Shown here: positions 1-12,925 of the stretch, one piece after another
Layout of the letters: each line of letters opens with the position of its first letter
How positions within the stretch are numbered: position 1 is the first letter of the stretch
Origin: Leucoraja ocellata
Taxonomy: Eukaryota
DNA length: 64,000 nucleotides
NCBI GenBank assembly: GCA_036785375.1
Contig: JAWMAR010000248.1
Location: forward strand, 930,001-994,000
Direction of reading: 5' to 3'
Made by a program: the position numbers and the translations under genes
Notes under the pieces: generated by a model
Told to the model about the DNA's origin: nothing
What the model saw: the letters and a program-made list of their open reading frames with translations, nothing else
The model's database searches: none

Positions 1-677
1 AGGCCTCTGGTCTCAGACAACTCTCTTAGATAGGTATATTCCTATTTATCTTTGCCGTCTTAATTAGGAAATACATGAATGGAAGAGTCTAGCACTGGAA
101 ATGTGTGCACTATTCAATTGACACTATTAACCACTGTTTATAAAATACGAAGTAAAAATAAAATTCTCAACCTCTTCCAGATTTGGAATTTCAAGATCCA
201 ACTCAGTGGCAACTCTGCAAGCATCTTCTCGGAAGTCAAAAGATGTTTAGGGAAAAGATGAGTATGTTTAATGCTGTAACCTCCACACACTCGGTCCTTT
301 TCAAAAAGGCCTTTTGATGGTCCTACAATTGATTACATTCTACTGGCTTTGCTTGACATTACTAAATGCCGGTTAGTTATTTTTGTTGGTTTCTTACTCA
401 TTTTGTGTCCCTCAGGGTTAAACAGCAATGACCATTCCTATCCTATTCTTTTATATTCCTCTGCTTTTAAAAATAGTCTATTGGCCCTCAGCACAAACAT
501 TCATTTTACATCAGGTTGCAAGAAATGACAACAAAGTTAATTAAGGGACGAGCATGCACAATTGACCAGGTTTGTTACGTCTGCTTCTGTTCTTGAAATG
601 ATGCCAAAACTGCACTCGATTATTCAGTTAACTAATTAACAATTAACAAATCTCACCAGCAATCGGAGATTTCATTT

Positions 678-859
678 CAATAGACAATAAACAATAGACA
701 ATAGGTGCAGGAGTAGGCCATTCGGCCCTTCAAGTCAGCACCTCCATTCACTGTGATCATGGCTGATCATCCCCAATCAGTACCCCATTCCTGCCTTCTC
801 CCGATATCCCCTGACTCCGCTATCTTTAAGAGCTCTATCTAACTCTCTCTTGAAAGCAT
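678..859 (-). mobile_element. CR1/HER1 LINE 3' end, (TTGTCTA)n tail
   Basis: AFKRELDRAL ORF2 C-terminus, gaagggccgaatggcctactcctgcacc 3' UTR and tail repeat. Confidence 0.9.
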
Positions 860-950
860 AGAGAGAATGCTGGAGTAACTCAGCAGGACAAGCAGCATCT
901 CTGGAGAGAAGGAATGGGCGATGTTTCAGCTTAAGACCCTTCTTCAGGCT
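860..950 (-). mobile_element. Penelope-like terminal repeat with degenerate hammerhead motif
   Basis: Reverse complement: ctgaagaagggtcttaagctgaaacatcgcccattccttctctccagagatgctgc...gagttactccagc. Confidence 0.75.
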
Positions 951-1269
951 GATGGTTTCTGAATCCCTCTCTGCTTTTACACTGTGCTTTCTGAGAAGCC
1001 TTCTCACTACCCAGATCTCCCCACACACAAACATCAAACAAGTGATGACCAGTGCCTCTTGCAGGTGAGGATGCTGTGTAATGTGTCCATGATCACTGTT
1101 CCATTTTACCATGCCACTGACCAGTCTAGGTTGCTGCCAGTGCCAGGTTCCAGAGGGAGCTGCAATCCAAAAACATCCAAACCCATGGCTCTGTTTTCTT
1201 GGTTTTAAGTAGTACGCAAGCGGGAATTAAAAAAGTATTCTCCATTGGGACAACACAGTAACACGCAGG

Positions 1270-1570
1270 TACAGACCATCAATCTAGGTTAGATCATGAC
1301 TTTGGGCACTACCAGTTTGGAGTTTGCATTTTCTTGTGTAGATTTCCACTGGGTGTTTCGGTTTCCTCCCCCATACCAAACACGCATGTGTTGGTCGGTT
1401 GATCCGGAGTTAGATGCATAGAGTTATACAGTGCACAAAAAGGTCCTTTGGCCCAACTCATCTGTACCAACCAAGATGCCTATCTACAGCAATCCCATTT
1501 GCCTGCTTTTGATTCAAATCCCATAAAACCTGTCCTATCCTTGTACCGGTACAAATGTTCTTTAAATGGT
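1270..1570. mobile_element. Degenerate HE1-like SINE fragment (+) followed by CR1 3' end (-)
   Basis: V-domain ggtttcctcccccataccaaa; then aggtcctttggcccaactc...cctatccttgtacc CR1 tail. Confidence 0.6.
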
Positions 1571-2139
1571 TTAAGATTTTTGTAAAGATTGGAACTGAAG
1601 CCAATATTCTGCAACAACTCCTCAGGATACAAGGGCTGATGAATAAATTGGCTACTTTGCAGACAAATTAATTTGTTAGGCTATTCACAGTTAAACATCT
1701 TGAAAAGGGGTTCCCAACTAAGTTAGGAGAGACCGTTGAATGCCCTCAATGATTGCGTTAGCCAGTTTCAAAGAACCAGCACCATAGAAATACTGTAGTT
1801 CCTGCATTGTGTGGAGAGTGGGGTGTGGTGGGATCTGTCTGAAGACCAAGGATATTTTAGGGCCGGTCTGCTCGCTGTCTGTCTGTGTAGTGTTTCTGAT
1901 GCAGTTTATGTCTCATTTCTGGTGGTGATGTGTTTGATGGGTTAAAATACCGCAGTAAGGAATTTAATACACAAGCACAATAACCAGTACGGTTCAAAGC
2001 ACCCAGAGGAAATAAAATCTGGAGCTGTTTCTATCCCTTATCTTACATTTTATTAATCATAAGTCTTGGTTTTGTATTTACGTGTTCATCTGCTAAAACG
2101 TTTCAAAATGTTTGTTGCAATGAATCATCATTTCACCAC

Positions 2140-2235
2140 AAAAGGACACAAAACGTTGGAGTAATTTGGTGGGTCAGGCAGCATTGGCCTGGAGAACATG
2201 GATCAGTGACGTTTCGGGTCAGAACCCTTCTCAAC
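2140..2235 (-). mobile_element. Penelope-like terminal repeat, hammerhead core damaged
   Basis: Reverse complement gagaagggttctgacccgaaacgtcact; plus-strand ggtcaggcagcat segment. Confidence 0.65.
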
Positions 2236-2755
2236 TTATTATGATGCACTGGGACACACTGTTCAGTGGGAATGGATTCTGAGCCAAAAGGTTCCATGCT
2301 CCCACACAACCAGAGCCCATGAGCAAGTCGACTGCAAGAGCAGTAACTGTTTGAACTGAAATATCCACAATAGAAAAACACTGAATTATAAACCCAACAG
2401 AAAAGGTTGTCAGGTGTGTGTGTAAGAGTGATGTAATGTAGATAATGCATTCCTAAAGTGCTGACACTCTCCCCACACTGAGCCATTTAGCAGAGAAGGC
2501 ATTCAATCTTTGGCATGTTAATATCTGTTTGGACTGAATGCCTGCAGGCCAGTATTAACCTCCATTTAGGTGACTCCGCTGGTATCTATTATTGCGTGGG
2601 TTGATTTTACTTTCCAGCTGTGCACATCCAGAGATACGCAGCTTCACCGCAATATATTCATAAAACTCGGACTTGGAAAAGATTAGCCACCCCCGTGAAG
2701 TGACAGTCTGCGTACATTCTGAACTTGAGCAGAGGAAGTAGTTCTTGGCAACATG

Positions 2756-3172
2756 CAGGCACTCCCCTACTTACATAATAGGCGACTTACGTAAACTCGC
2801 ACTTACGTAAACAATTCACAATAGGTGGTCTCATTTTCCTGCATGACCGGTGTTATTGCAACAGGAAGAAGGCAAGGGCTTGCAGCCCCCCCACTTCATA
2901 GATATAAAAGCATCACCCGTGCTTGCTGCTCTTCCAGTGTTATGGTGGAACAAAGTGCTGGAATAACTAAGCAAACTGAATCAATCTGAAGAAGGGTCAC
3001 CTCTCCATGCTTACCAGAGATGTTGCCTGACCAGCAATTTGTGTCATTTTGTGCATTATCCAACATCCACAGTTCTTTGTTTCTACCTAGTTTTAAGATG
3101 ATTCTGATATGCGTAAAATCTGACTTGCGTAAGGCTTTACAGAACTCCCTTACGTGAGTCAGGCAGTGACTG
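2756..3172. mobile_element. Tc1/mariner Tigger-like MITE with an internal Penelope-repeat fragment (about 2950-3090)
   Basis: Left CAGGCACTCCCCTACTTACATAA vs reverse complement of right end CAGTCACTGCCTGACTCACGTAA; repeated CTTACGTAA subterminal motifs; TA target sites decayed. Confidence 0.6.
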
Positions 3173-5129
3173 GAAAAGGATTACACAGTTCTCTATCCGA
3201 TCCATCAAGAGGGCACTCTGCATTGCATACCTTGTTCCACTGCATGGCTTTGGTTTTTCCCAATCTCTCAGCTCAACAAAAGCATGGCAAAACCTACATT
3301 TTCTAACCTTACATGAACCTCACCACTTCTAAAGCATTTGATTGTATCCCAATGAAAGTATTCCAAATACACGTCATAAATAATTGTGTCCTGAGCAAAC
3401 AGTTCCAAATGCCTATGTTCTAACTTAATGACTATATACTAAGTGTATTCAAACCAGCACTACCCTTGCTATCACCTGTATCCTGACCAGAGCACAGTAC
3501 AGCCTCACATTATGGATGGGTTGTATTCCAAGAATAATATCTATATCATAATTTTTCATAACATGAACGCATGGCAAAAAAATGACAACATTTATTTTAC
3601 ATTTTGTATTTACTTAGTTATATTTTTCTCATATTATTTCAGTATATGCACATTTGTTTTCAGTTTTTGGCTGTAATTTGTGAATTCTGTAAGGGTGAAT
3701 TATCATTGCCCAAACTGCGGGGTACATAGTCTGATAACAGCCAGGGTAATTCTAAATTACTGTATATTAATCTGAGTCACCCACTATAGCAACCAGGGCA
3801 TTTCTAGTGCCTTCATTTTATGTCTTCATTTTAATTGGTTTATTCCAACTGGATTCCAAGCAGATGAGGCCAAACCAGTGGACACTTCTGCAATTTTCAG
3901 AATTTGAAGTCCCTGACCCAAATCACAAAGAAGTAGTTATGTATTCATTTTTATGTATCGGGTGAAAAGTTTAACACTGTTCATTTAGTTTTAAGTTAAA
4001 TAGCAAAATCCTTTTAACTTTTAATTTGGAGCAGAAGATCATTTCACAGGTCCATGAGAAAAAGCATTCAGCCCAAAATGTTCCACCTTCCCTGGATGCT
4101 TCCTGCCCTGCTGAGCATTTCCAGAATTCTCGGTTTATAATTCAATAAACTAAGATAACAATTATTTTGATTTATTTCTCTCCAACTCCAACTTGGCTGT
4201 TGTTGCTCAACTCAGTACAGCAGAGGTTATGTGTAGTCAAGAAGTTTTGAAATGTATGCCAGATATTTGTAATTCTTTTTGTGGAGTTTAATGACTCTGG
4301 AGACTATAACAACAGGTGAAGGAGAATGCTGTTGTAGCCTTATCTATTATAATATAATTAGAATTTTAATTGCTTTCTCTGCAAATAAGCTATTTGATAT
4401 TCCAAAGGAATTATGTTTTTTAAAGCCCAATGCATTCACATGAGAGAATATTTTTTTTTTATCAACTTCTCCCATTGTGTTTTAACCTTCTTTCATGTTT
4501 CAATAGTGAAGACAGGTTCCAGGCAAAAGATTTGGACGAGAAACTGGAAGGAGCTACAGAGAATTTAGACTCCTGAGTGTGAGAATGATTTGAGTGGCTT
4601 TAGGCAAACTTGCTGCAATATAATCTGCAGAATAGTCCAATGTATTAATTTGGTTCTTGTGCATATCAGACTGGCATCTCATGTGTGTTTTAATGGTTTT
4701 ATAAAAAATAAAGCACTGGGCAAGTTACGTGAATAAACTTAAACTATTTATCTGAGTCTAAATTATACGGTGTAAAATTAACCCATTAATTAAACTATTT
4801 ATTTTACTCAGGCATCCTCAGGTTATCTTTATAACTGAATTAGAATACTCGTAATAACTTTAATAGTGACCATAATGACAAGGGATTACACAGTGGATAC
4901 ACCAAAACAGACCATTCGGCCAAGTAATTTATGGTCGCCTGAATGCCCCTTCAAGCGAGCTTCTTTCCAACTTCCACATCTAGAATATCCGTTTAACCTT
5001 CTTCTCTTCTCCATCACATGCTTGTTCAGCTTCCTCTTAAGTTCACCTTCATTCCCACTTCAGCTCATCTGCTATGAAATCATTATCGTGAACTCATAGC
5101 CTCGACTGGAGTGCTCCATTGTTGTCCTG

Positions 5130-5615
5130 GACAGAGTAAAATCTCAAGTAATTTGTACTCATCCAAGCTGTATCCCATCTCACACTAAATCCTATCCATC
5201 AGTCACTCCTTGCTTGTTAATCTTCTTTGGTTCACAGTCATGCAATGTCTCAGTTTTAGTAGTCTTATTATTGGTTTCAAATCCCTCCACTGCCTCACCC
5301 CTCCCTATCTCTGGTGTGCACTCTGCTTCTTCAATTCTCGTCCAGTTGTGGTCGTTTGCACGTGCCAGTTGTAACCTTCCACCACAAACCCAACCCAACA
5401 CCCTAATTGGGATGCTGTACCTTCAGCTGCATAAAACCTCTATGCCCTTCTCTAGTTCACTCTCCTCCTGTAAAGTGTTCCATAACACTTAACTTGTTGA
5501 CTCAGCCATTGTCATATGCCCTACCACACCTTTATGTACTTAAAGGCAAAACTTTGCAAATGCTTCTGTTAAGTACAATGTAATTTTTACAAGTGATACT
5601 GTATAATTGCAATTT
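5130..5615 (+). mobile_element. Old L2-clade LINE 3' fragment
   Basis: Decayed HITP/LHWLP region (atcagtcactccttgctt...tttcaaatccctccactgcctcacccctccctatctct) and L2-type tail. Confidence 0.55.
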
Positions 5616-5774
5616 TTTTATTGTTTGCTACCAATTAGGAATATCCATGAGAAATAGATTTTTTTCACAAGGAATATACAAATTCACTGTACATTAATCA
5701 AGAATATTGAATGTGGATAAACAGAGGCTAAAAATTCACAGAGGAAGAGCAATATATAGTTGTATGGATTGTTT

Positions 5775-6100
5775 TTAATGTTGGATCACCACAAAGACCT
5801 TTACCATTAGTGAAGTATTTTTAAAGTGCAGTCACTGTTGGAATCTGGAAATTGCGTCAGCTTATTTGTGCGAAGCAAGCTCTCATTGACAACAATGAGA
5901 TGATATCAGAATAACTTTTACATAAATGCTGTCCGTGACAATGAGGAGAACTCTGCCTGTCTAAAATAGGTCTACATGTTGTTCAATAGCCACCATTGTG
6001 ATTGATTTACCAACCAATTCAAAGGATGGCACCTTAGACAGTGCAGCAGTCTCTCTGTATACTATTGAGGACGTCAGCCTGGGTTTACATCCTTAGATTT
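5775..6100 (-). mobile_element. DeuSINE (SacSINE1-like)
   Basis: Deu core on minus (aaaggatggcaccttagacagtgcagcagtctctctgtatactattgaggacgtcagcctgg) plus aagtgcagtcactgttg 3' part. Confidence 0.7.
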
Positions 6101-6107
6101 CTATAGT

Positions 6108-6345
6108 GTTTAGTTCAGTTTAGAGATAAAGCGTGGAAACAGGCCCTTCGGCCCACCGTGTCCATACCAACCAGCAATCCCCGCACACTAACACTATCTA
6201 CACACACTAGGGACAATTTTCACATACCAAATAGCCATGTAACCTACAAACCAGTACGTCTTTAGAGTGTGGGAGGAAACCGAATATTTTGGTGAAAGCC
6301 CGTGCGGTCACGGGCAGAATGTAGAAACTCCGTACAGACGGCACC
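6108..6345 (-). mobile_element. HE1-like V-SINE, 5'-truncated
   Basis: tttagtt...agagata...gaaacaggcccttcggcccacc tail and gtgggaggaaacc V-domain. Confidence 0.9.
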
Positions 6346-6583
6346 CATAACTTTGGAACTCAGGGACACGAGTGTTTACCGAAGGACCATGAATAATATC
6401 TTGGCACTGACTGGTTACGAAAGAAAATACTTTTTCAGCAGACAGTATAATCAAATTTCCTGCCTCTCTGTGTTAGATAATGCGGAGGCTCATATCATGT
6501 TCCATGCTGGATTTCTGTGTAACGATGATCCAACTTGCTTCAAGACATTGCATAAACTACATCATCGCAGAGAAACATTGTAA

Positions 6584-7148
6584 TGGGCCTGTCCCACTTA
6601 GGCGACATTTTAGGCGACTGCAGGAGACTATGCAGTCGCCACATGGTCGCCACATGTTCGTAGGTGGCTGCCTGGCCATCGCCTTCATGGTATTGAGGAG
6701 TTCCCACATTCTGGAACATGTTGAAAAATTAGCGGCAACTAGAATGAAACCACCATGGAGAATAGCGAAAATTCTTGTGCCGTAGGTGGGTCGCCAACGG
6801 TCGAAGGAATTTAATTGGCTCATTGGGAGAAAGAAAACATAAGCAGTAGCTTTCAGAACCAAGGATAACCGACCGGTAATGTTAAATGTTCGCCGAGCTT
6901 CACAGCTGTGTATCTCTGGCTTCTTAAAAGTTGGCTCCACTGCTTCTCCCCCTTTCTCCCCCCTTCTTTTAAAGGTCTTACCGTACACTGTGCTTTAGCA
7001 GTGTTAATTACAGTGCGAACCTTCGTATTCATCGCGGTGTGTGCCTGTATCGCCTTAGCTTTGCACCATGTGAATTTGACTCAGACAGCGCTCCCCTGCC
7101 TGCCCTGTCCCCTGCCTGCATAACGGGCTGGTGATGGGGGGTGGGGGG

Positions 7149-7219
<71 letters not shown>

Positions 7220-7290
7220 CCATTCTGACAGTCGCCGTTCCAGACACCCCCCCCACGCCTTGAGATATTCGCTGTAGTAAACCCAGTCAA
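6584..7290 (+). mobile_element. PIF/Harbinger-like non-autonomous DNA transposon, right end missing; contains (GT)n
   Basis: TAA|TGGGCCTGTCCCACTTAGGCGAC terminus shared with copies at 18048, 37560 and 58807; internal 6810-6960 homologous to 58320-58480 on the minus strand. Confidence 0.7.
7150..7218. repeat. (GT)n microsatellite
   Basis: About 34 perfect GT units. Confidence 0.98.
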
Positions 7291-7514
7291 AGTGGACAAG
7301 AACAGGTCTTCAGTCTCAAATGTCTGTCACATAGTCAAAAGTAAACCACACCACAATCAGGAATGTAATGTTCAGTCTTCATAAGGAAGCGCAGTCTGGA
7401 AAACAGAAGGGCTGTTCTGGTTCAGTGGAGGTTACTGTACACATAAATAACCCGTTTGACCCAACTAATCTATCTTCTAGACACAAGAAAGTTCCGATTC
7501 TGGTAAGCAAAAAA

Positions 7515-7770
7515 AAGGCACAAAGTGCTGGAGTAACTCAACGGGTCAGGCAGCATTTCTGGCAGACATGGAAAGGCATGTTTCGGGTCAGGGTGGAGTT
7601 GGAGGGAGAAAGCTAGAAGAGAGGCGGGGCAAGACAAGGCCAGGCAGGTGGTTATTGGTGAGGGGGGTGGGGTGGGGGGGGGGGCCCCCCCGAGTTCTTT
7701 GGCAGATGGGTGGACAAAGGCCAGAGATGAAAAGAAGGCAAAGGGATAAGAGATATAGAGAAACAGTGCA
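7515..7770 (-). mobile_element. Penelope-like terminal repeat and purine-rich 3' region
   Basis: acaaagtgctggagtaactcaacgggtcaggcagcat...tgtttcgggtcagg, then purine-rich segment. Confidence 0.6.
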
Positions 7771-8189
7771 GAAAATACATTATTCCCGTTTAGTCTGCGT
7801 TGAGTTGCATTGAGCTGAATAAACTGCTGTCATGGTCGGAACCGGCTCTTTTCTGTTTTATTGATTCCTACTCCTTGAATCTCAGACACATTATAAGAGG
7901 AAAAACATTGACTAATAATTGCCGTAAACAATAGGAGTAAAAGCTAGCTTGCGAAAAACAACAATTGAATATGATTAATCTCATGATTTGGAGGAACTAA
8001 AGAGCTAATACCATGCAGAATATTACAGTTACAAAAGTGCAGATTAAAAAAAAATGAAATGACTTCAACACGGGTAGATTGGAAGTTCGAGAAGTATGGT
8101 TGAAATGCTGGCAAATAGAATAATCTGACATTTGGGATGGCTATTGAAGTGCTAATTAACAAGGACTAATTTATACCAGAATTTATTCT

Positions 8190-8348
8190 CATTGCACGTC
8201 TTTGGAGTGTATGAGGAAACTGGAACCTGGGGGAAAATGAGGCGGTCACAGGGAAAATGTGAAAACTCCGCACAATCAGCACCTGAGGTCAGGATCGAAC
8301 CTATGTCGCTGGCACTGCGAGACAGAACTCTATCAGCTATGCTATTGT
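8190..8348 (-). mobile_element. HE1-like V-SINE fragment (head and V-domain)
   Basis: gaggaaactggaacctgggggaaa...ggtcaggatcgaacc (tRNA B box on minus). Confidence 0.75.
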
Positions 8349-9177
8349 GTCGGTCCTGAATGAAGGACAACTTTTCAAATTTGGGGTGACACAATTTGCA
8401 TTTTCAGTGACTTTGGGAAGAACAATCTGGCAGAGAAAATTGTGAGTTTTGATAATGATGGCCCACCGGGGAAACTGAGTGACCATGGTCCATCCTCCTG
8501 TTCTGTTACCCATGAAGAAAGGTCAACACAGGGAAACAACCTCTCACACTCCAAAATCCTGACACCTCCCACAGTTAATGAAGCACTGTTTGCAAGTCTC
8601 ATTATTGTTTGAATTGTGTGTGCCAAAGTCCCCTGAACAACAGCAAGACCAGCGTCAGACAAGCTGTGCACTGGATGTCGATTGCGGGTTGGCCAGACAC
8701 CCGGAGAGTCTAGTATTTCCTCACAGACTGCCTCAGGATCATTCCAAATCATCGAGCCAGGCAGATACGTGTGTGTTTTAATGTTTTTTTGGGAAAGACG
8801 GCATTTTCCCCAGTTCTATCCTGAACTATAAGCAGCGGGATCCAAAAAACAGCAGTCTGTGCAAATGACCAGGACTGTAAGATTCTGGAAGCTGGGACGC
8901 AGACAACATAGGTTCATAAACTTCAAGCCACTCCTTCAGGGTTAAGATGTTTCTCAGGAGAAATGTGGAATGATGCAGGTTAAGCGGTTTGAGGAGATGT
9001 TTGTTAAATTGAGCTTAAGAGGAATTGCGCAGGGAGCTTGTTAATATGATTAAGATGTGGGTGCCAAAGGTGAATGACCGACAGTGGCAAGAAAAGGACA
9101 GTCAGGATAGGATCCTGGAAGGAAGTTGAGAGCTGCCCAAAGAATGGATCTGATATTCAAACAACAGCGGGTACATC

Positions 9178-9292
9178 CTCCGCCCACCCCTACACCCACA
9201 CGGCCTGTAAATACACCCTGCCACCCCTACACCCACACAGTGTGTAACACACCCTGCCACCCCTACACCCACACAGTGTGTAACACACCCTC
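9178..9292. repeat. Minisatellite, about 34-36 bp unit x3 (acaccctgccacccctacacccacacagtgtgta)
   Basis: Directly visible tandem copies; a further partial unit near 9368. Confidence 0.85.
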
Positions 9293-11544
9293 CAACTAAC
9301 CCAACACCCTCACAACCTGTGGGGCTTGTCCTTTAACAGACACATCCTATGGGCACACCCTTTATTTACCCCTACACCCACAGCAGTTTCCAACACCACA
9401 AGGTTAAGCCTCGTTGCCACTCCCTGCTTTCATTGTCTTCCTTCCTGCCCCTCACTCACAGCTTCATTTAAATTATGAATAAAGACTTTATTCATCCACT
9501 TAACTTCATCCACTCAGCCAGTGTTGTAGTCAAATACAAATATTCAATAGACCAGTACCATTATATTACAATACAAATAGATTCCTAGGCTGGTCAGAAC
9601 CCTGAATAGGTAACGGAGCTTACGTGGACCATGGTTATGCTTCAACAAGTATGCACCAACATCAAGGAGTTATGGTATGTAATAACAGAGGTCGAATCAC
9701 CACATGGTAGTTTATTTTGCTGCAAAAACAAAGCTTCCAGTTGAATCTCATAATCTTTGCTATTAATCCAATTGAAAAGGACTAACCTCATCTGTCTAAA
9801 TCACTGAGACCTGTTTACAGGTGGCTGTGACTTCATGAATCTGACCAGAAATACCCTGTATGGATGGGGATAATACGGGACTAAGGAATTCACATGCTTT
9901 TGAAACAAACGGCACCACTAATTGCATCCTGATGAGATATGAAAGGACACGGCCTTTCATAGAGTTTAGGCTGGATTAAGCCAGGTATTACAAGATTCAT
10001 AACTGCCTTAAAGCTTCCACCAGGCCCTCCCATTACCTTTCAAAGCCATCAAGGTTAAAGTAAGCCTTCAATTATCTTCTGTCACTGTTTGCCCACTGAC
10101 AAGCAGGTTAAAGGTCCTTACACGGCGTATAAAATCTGTTAGTTAACTCAGCATGGCTCTGTGTCTCTCTCCCTGCCACCGCTTGTAACACTTCTTGATT
10201 GTGTGAAAGTAGGGGGGGATGAATTCCAAAGAATGTGGTAAATGGAAGAAGCACGTGAGAGGGATTTGGTATGAAAAAAGGGAGAGGCCAAAGAGCACCT
10301 AATCATTCATCTCAAATTGCTTTGCAATTCAAGCTTTCATTATGTCTTCACGAACAGTCCTTCTCCTTTCAGTCAGTTGGTACCCATTTGTGCAGTACAT
10401 TGGCAGCATTGTCTTGTCGTGAACAATGGACTGGAGGTAGACAAGGCAGCGAAGCATGCTTATAAAACAGCTCCACGGTGTGGAGAGGAATTGGCCAGGG
10501 ACCCTGCTCCTAATTACAACCCAATAATGCCAGCCAGCTGAGAACATGTGCAGAGGTCAATAAAGGGCCAGATAGCGTTAGCATGAAAGACTTGCTGACT
10601 CTCACACTCGAGAACAGTGCTTCTCAACATATTTTTGAACTCAGACCCTTGTGAAAAAAAATGTTGGCCAGTTGTGACACTGTAAGCAGTTTAAAATACA
10701 CAAGTAATTTGGCCCCAAATTAATCGATTTATTGGTACAGACAGTTGGAATAACACCTCTTAGAGTACGAAGCACTGAGCTTGACAAGTTGCTTCGAATT
10801 TTTGGGAGAGATTTATTCAAGAGGTAGGTTCTTTGCATTGGTCCGAAGTTGACCTTCAATTAGATGGATACAAGCCAGCTTTGGCTGACGCATTATGTTT
10901 AAACTGAATTACATATTAATAGGCCACAGAAAACCAGATGTTTCTAATAGTAGGATGGTTAGCATGCAAGAAAATATAACGGTAACTAGACGATGTACCT
11001 CTCATCCAAACTAAAAGAATTGCTAAGTTCATGACGCTGAACTGGATTCATATTGGAAGCCAGGAGAGCATAAAATTGCTTCCACTCTGCAAGAAGGAGC
11101 AATGACTATCAAAAGTGAAGGAAATCATCTAACTGCACTGCAGACAATCACCATCTATCAGATAAAACATAGAAAAGATTCTATGCCTGGCATGGAACAC
11201 TTGGGAACCTGTTTAAGGGCGAGCCGTGTGTTTTCAGCTGCAATCCATTTTCCCCGTCTCACTCTCGGGCCGCAAGCCAAAGACTGAAAGACACTGGCCT
11301 GATGTAAATCTTAAGATGCAGAGGAGATGAGGCCTACAGAATAGCAGCCCACCCACAGGATTACATCTGGAAGACTGCAGAGTAATAAAACAACCAATAC
11401 TTAGTCAGGCGTAGCAGAATGTAACAGAAAGCAAGATCTGGTGATTGAAAATACATTTAATGTCTGCTTGATTGAGTTGGTGGATGGACCCAAGATAGAA
11501 ATGGGCAAATACTGCATCTTGGTCAATTTTCCGATGAAACGTTG

Positions 11545-11870
11545 AACTGCACATCCCCAGCAGATGTATTTAAATATCCCATGGGAACCAATGGAAGATG
11601 ACCACAATCCTTTTCTCAGGAGTCCTGGTCAATATCCATCTCTTGAACAGCATTCCCCATGCCAGGGTGGCTGCTCATTTGTCTCACTCCTGTTTGTCAG
11701 ACCTCGCGAAACGTACACTGATGGGCTGAAGGACTTCCTTCTATGCCAAAGCTGTTCCGTAATTCCACGCTTGCCCATAAACAGCTTGGGTCTACGTTCA
11801 AAAATTAATCAGTCAGCCATGAAGAACTCTTGAATGCTCTGATGACGTGTTGTAAATAACAAGCTTTTGC
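11545..11870 (+). mobile_element. DeuSINE (SacSINE1-like), old
   Basis: atatcccatgggaacc...ggagtcctggtcaatatccatctc...ctcatttgtctcactcctgtttgt core. Confidence 0.6.
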
Positions 11871-12619
11871 ACTTTCTTCTTTAAATTAACAAGGCTGGTT
11901 AGACAATTTTCCCTCTGCTTGCTATTGAACATCAGTAAGATTAATTGCAAACCACAGAAAGAGCAGCACAACTAGCTGCCATGTGGAGACTGTTAAAGTA
12001 TTTGAGGTGATGTTTTCCATCATTTACTGCTCTGCAGATATGTGCATTGAGAAGTAACTTTAATAATGTGTCTGTGTGAGGAGAAAATCGACAATTGGAG
12101 ACCGGTCTATTGGTAGGCTGAACATCTCCAAGCTGTTAATGCAATATGTTAAAATGTCACCTCGAAAAGGTGTGTCACTAATGCTTTTAAATCCCGTCCT
12201 CTAAAACGACACAACCACAAACCCATCTAGCAAAGTGGTTTACTTTCTGTCAGTAACATATCAATCTAAAATTAATCATTAGCTTGCAATCCAAAATCGC
12301 CCTTGTATCTCCTCTGTAGGCTGGTAAATTACACCAGACAGTGGTCCTGCCACGAGAGGACTTCGCCGACACTTCACCCACACTTGTGCAGATGGCAACG
12401 GGCAGCCCCACAAGTACATTTCCAGCAGCGGTGGTAGATATCAGTCTTCGATTTCAGAATCAGAGGGTCAGAAACATCATTCGCATACACAGGGTTGTCA
12501 GAACACATCACCAAAACTCCAGGCTCCATGTTGAAAAATCTGTGATAATCATCAGGGCCCCTCAGCATGCTCCTATTCCTCTCATGACCTTGTACAATTA
12601 TAAAATCATCCCTCATCCT

Positions 12620-12925
12620 CCTGCACTCCTAAGCTATCTCTCCTTGGATTCTATGCAATCTCATCTTCCAGAGCAGCCAACCATGGTCAAATGTCTTGGT
12701 GAAATCCAGATAGGTCTAAAGCTCTGCCGCCATCAACCTTTTTGGCCACATCTTAAAAAAACAATAACATTTGTGAGACATGATCTCCTATGTAGAAAAC
12801 CCTACTGACTATCCCTAATCAGCCTCTGTCCATCTAACTGCATGGATATCTTATCCCTTAGTATCCTTTCCGACCACAGATATTAAACTCATTGGCCTGT
12901 AGTTCCCAGGCATTTCCCTGCAGAT
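12620..12925 (-). mobile_element. CR1 ORF2 reverse-transcriptase fragment
   Basis: Minus strand encodes NYRPMSL, Q*GFLHRRSCLTN and YLDFTKTFD-like RT motifs. Confidence 0.7.

Noticed and set aside
3231-3293. AG/GT-bounded 63-bp minus-strand segment (FCHAFVELRDWEKPKPCSGT in one frame)
   Set aside because: No polypyrimidine tract, no Eph similarity, and a stop codon in the phase-0 frame that follows exon 2.
7029-7299. His-Thr repeat ORFs
   Set aside because: Translation of the (GT)n microsatellite.
8375-8781. ORFs and an exon-like plus-strand segment near 8408-8521
   Set aside because: No recognisable homology and a weak donor (gtcaac).
9178-9292. Repeats with CRISPR-like unit size (also 29241-29310)
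   Set aside because: Eukaryotic context, no unique spacers, no cas genes; simple tandem duplications.
12341-12808. 155-aa plus-strand ORF
   Set aside because: No recognisable protein; partly the antisense strand of a CR1 RT fragment.
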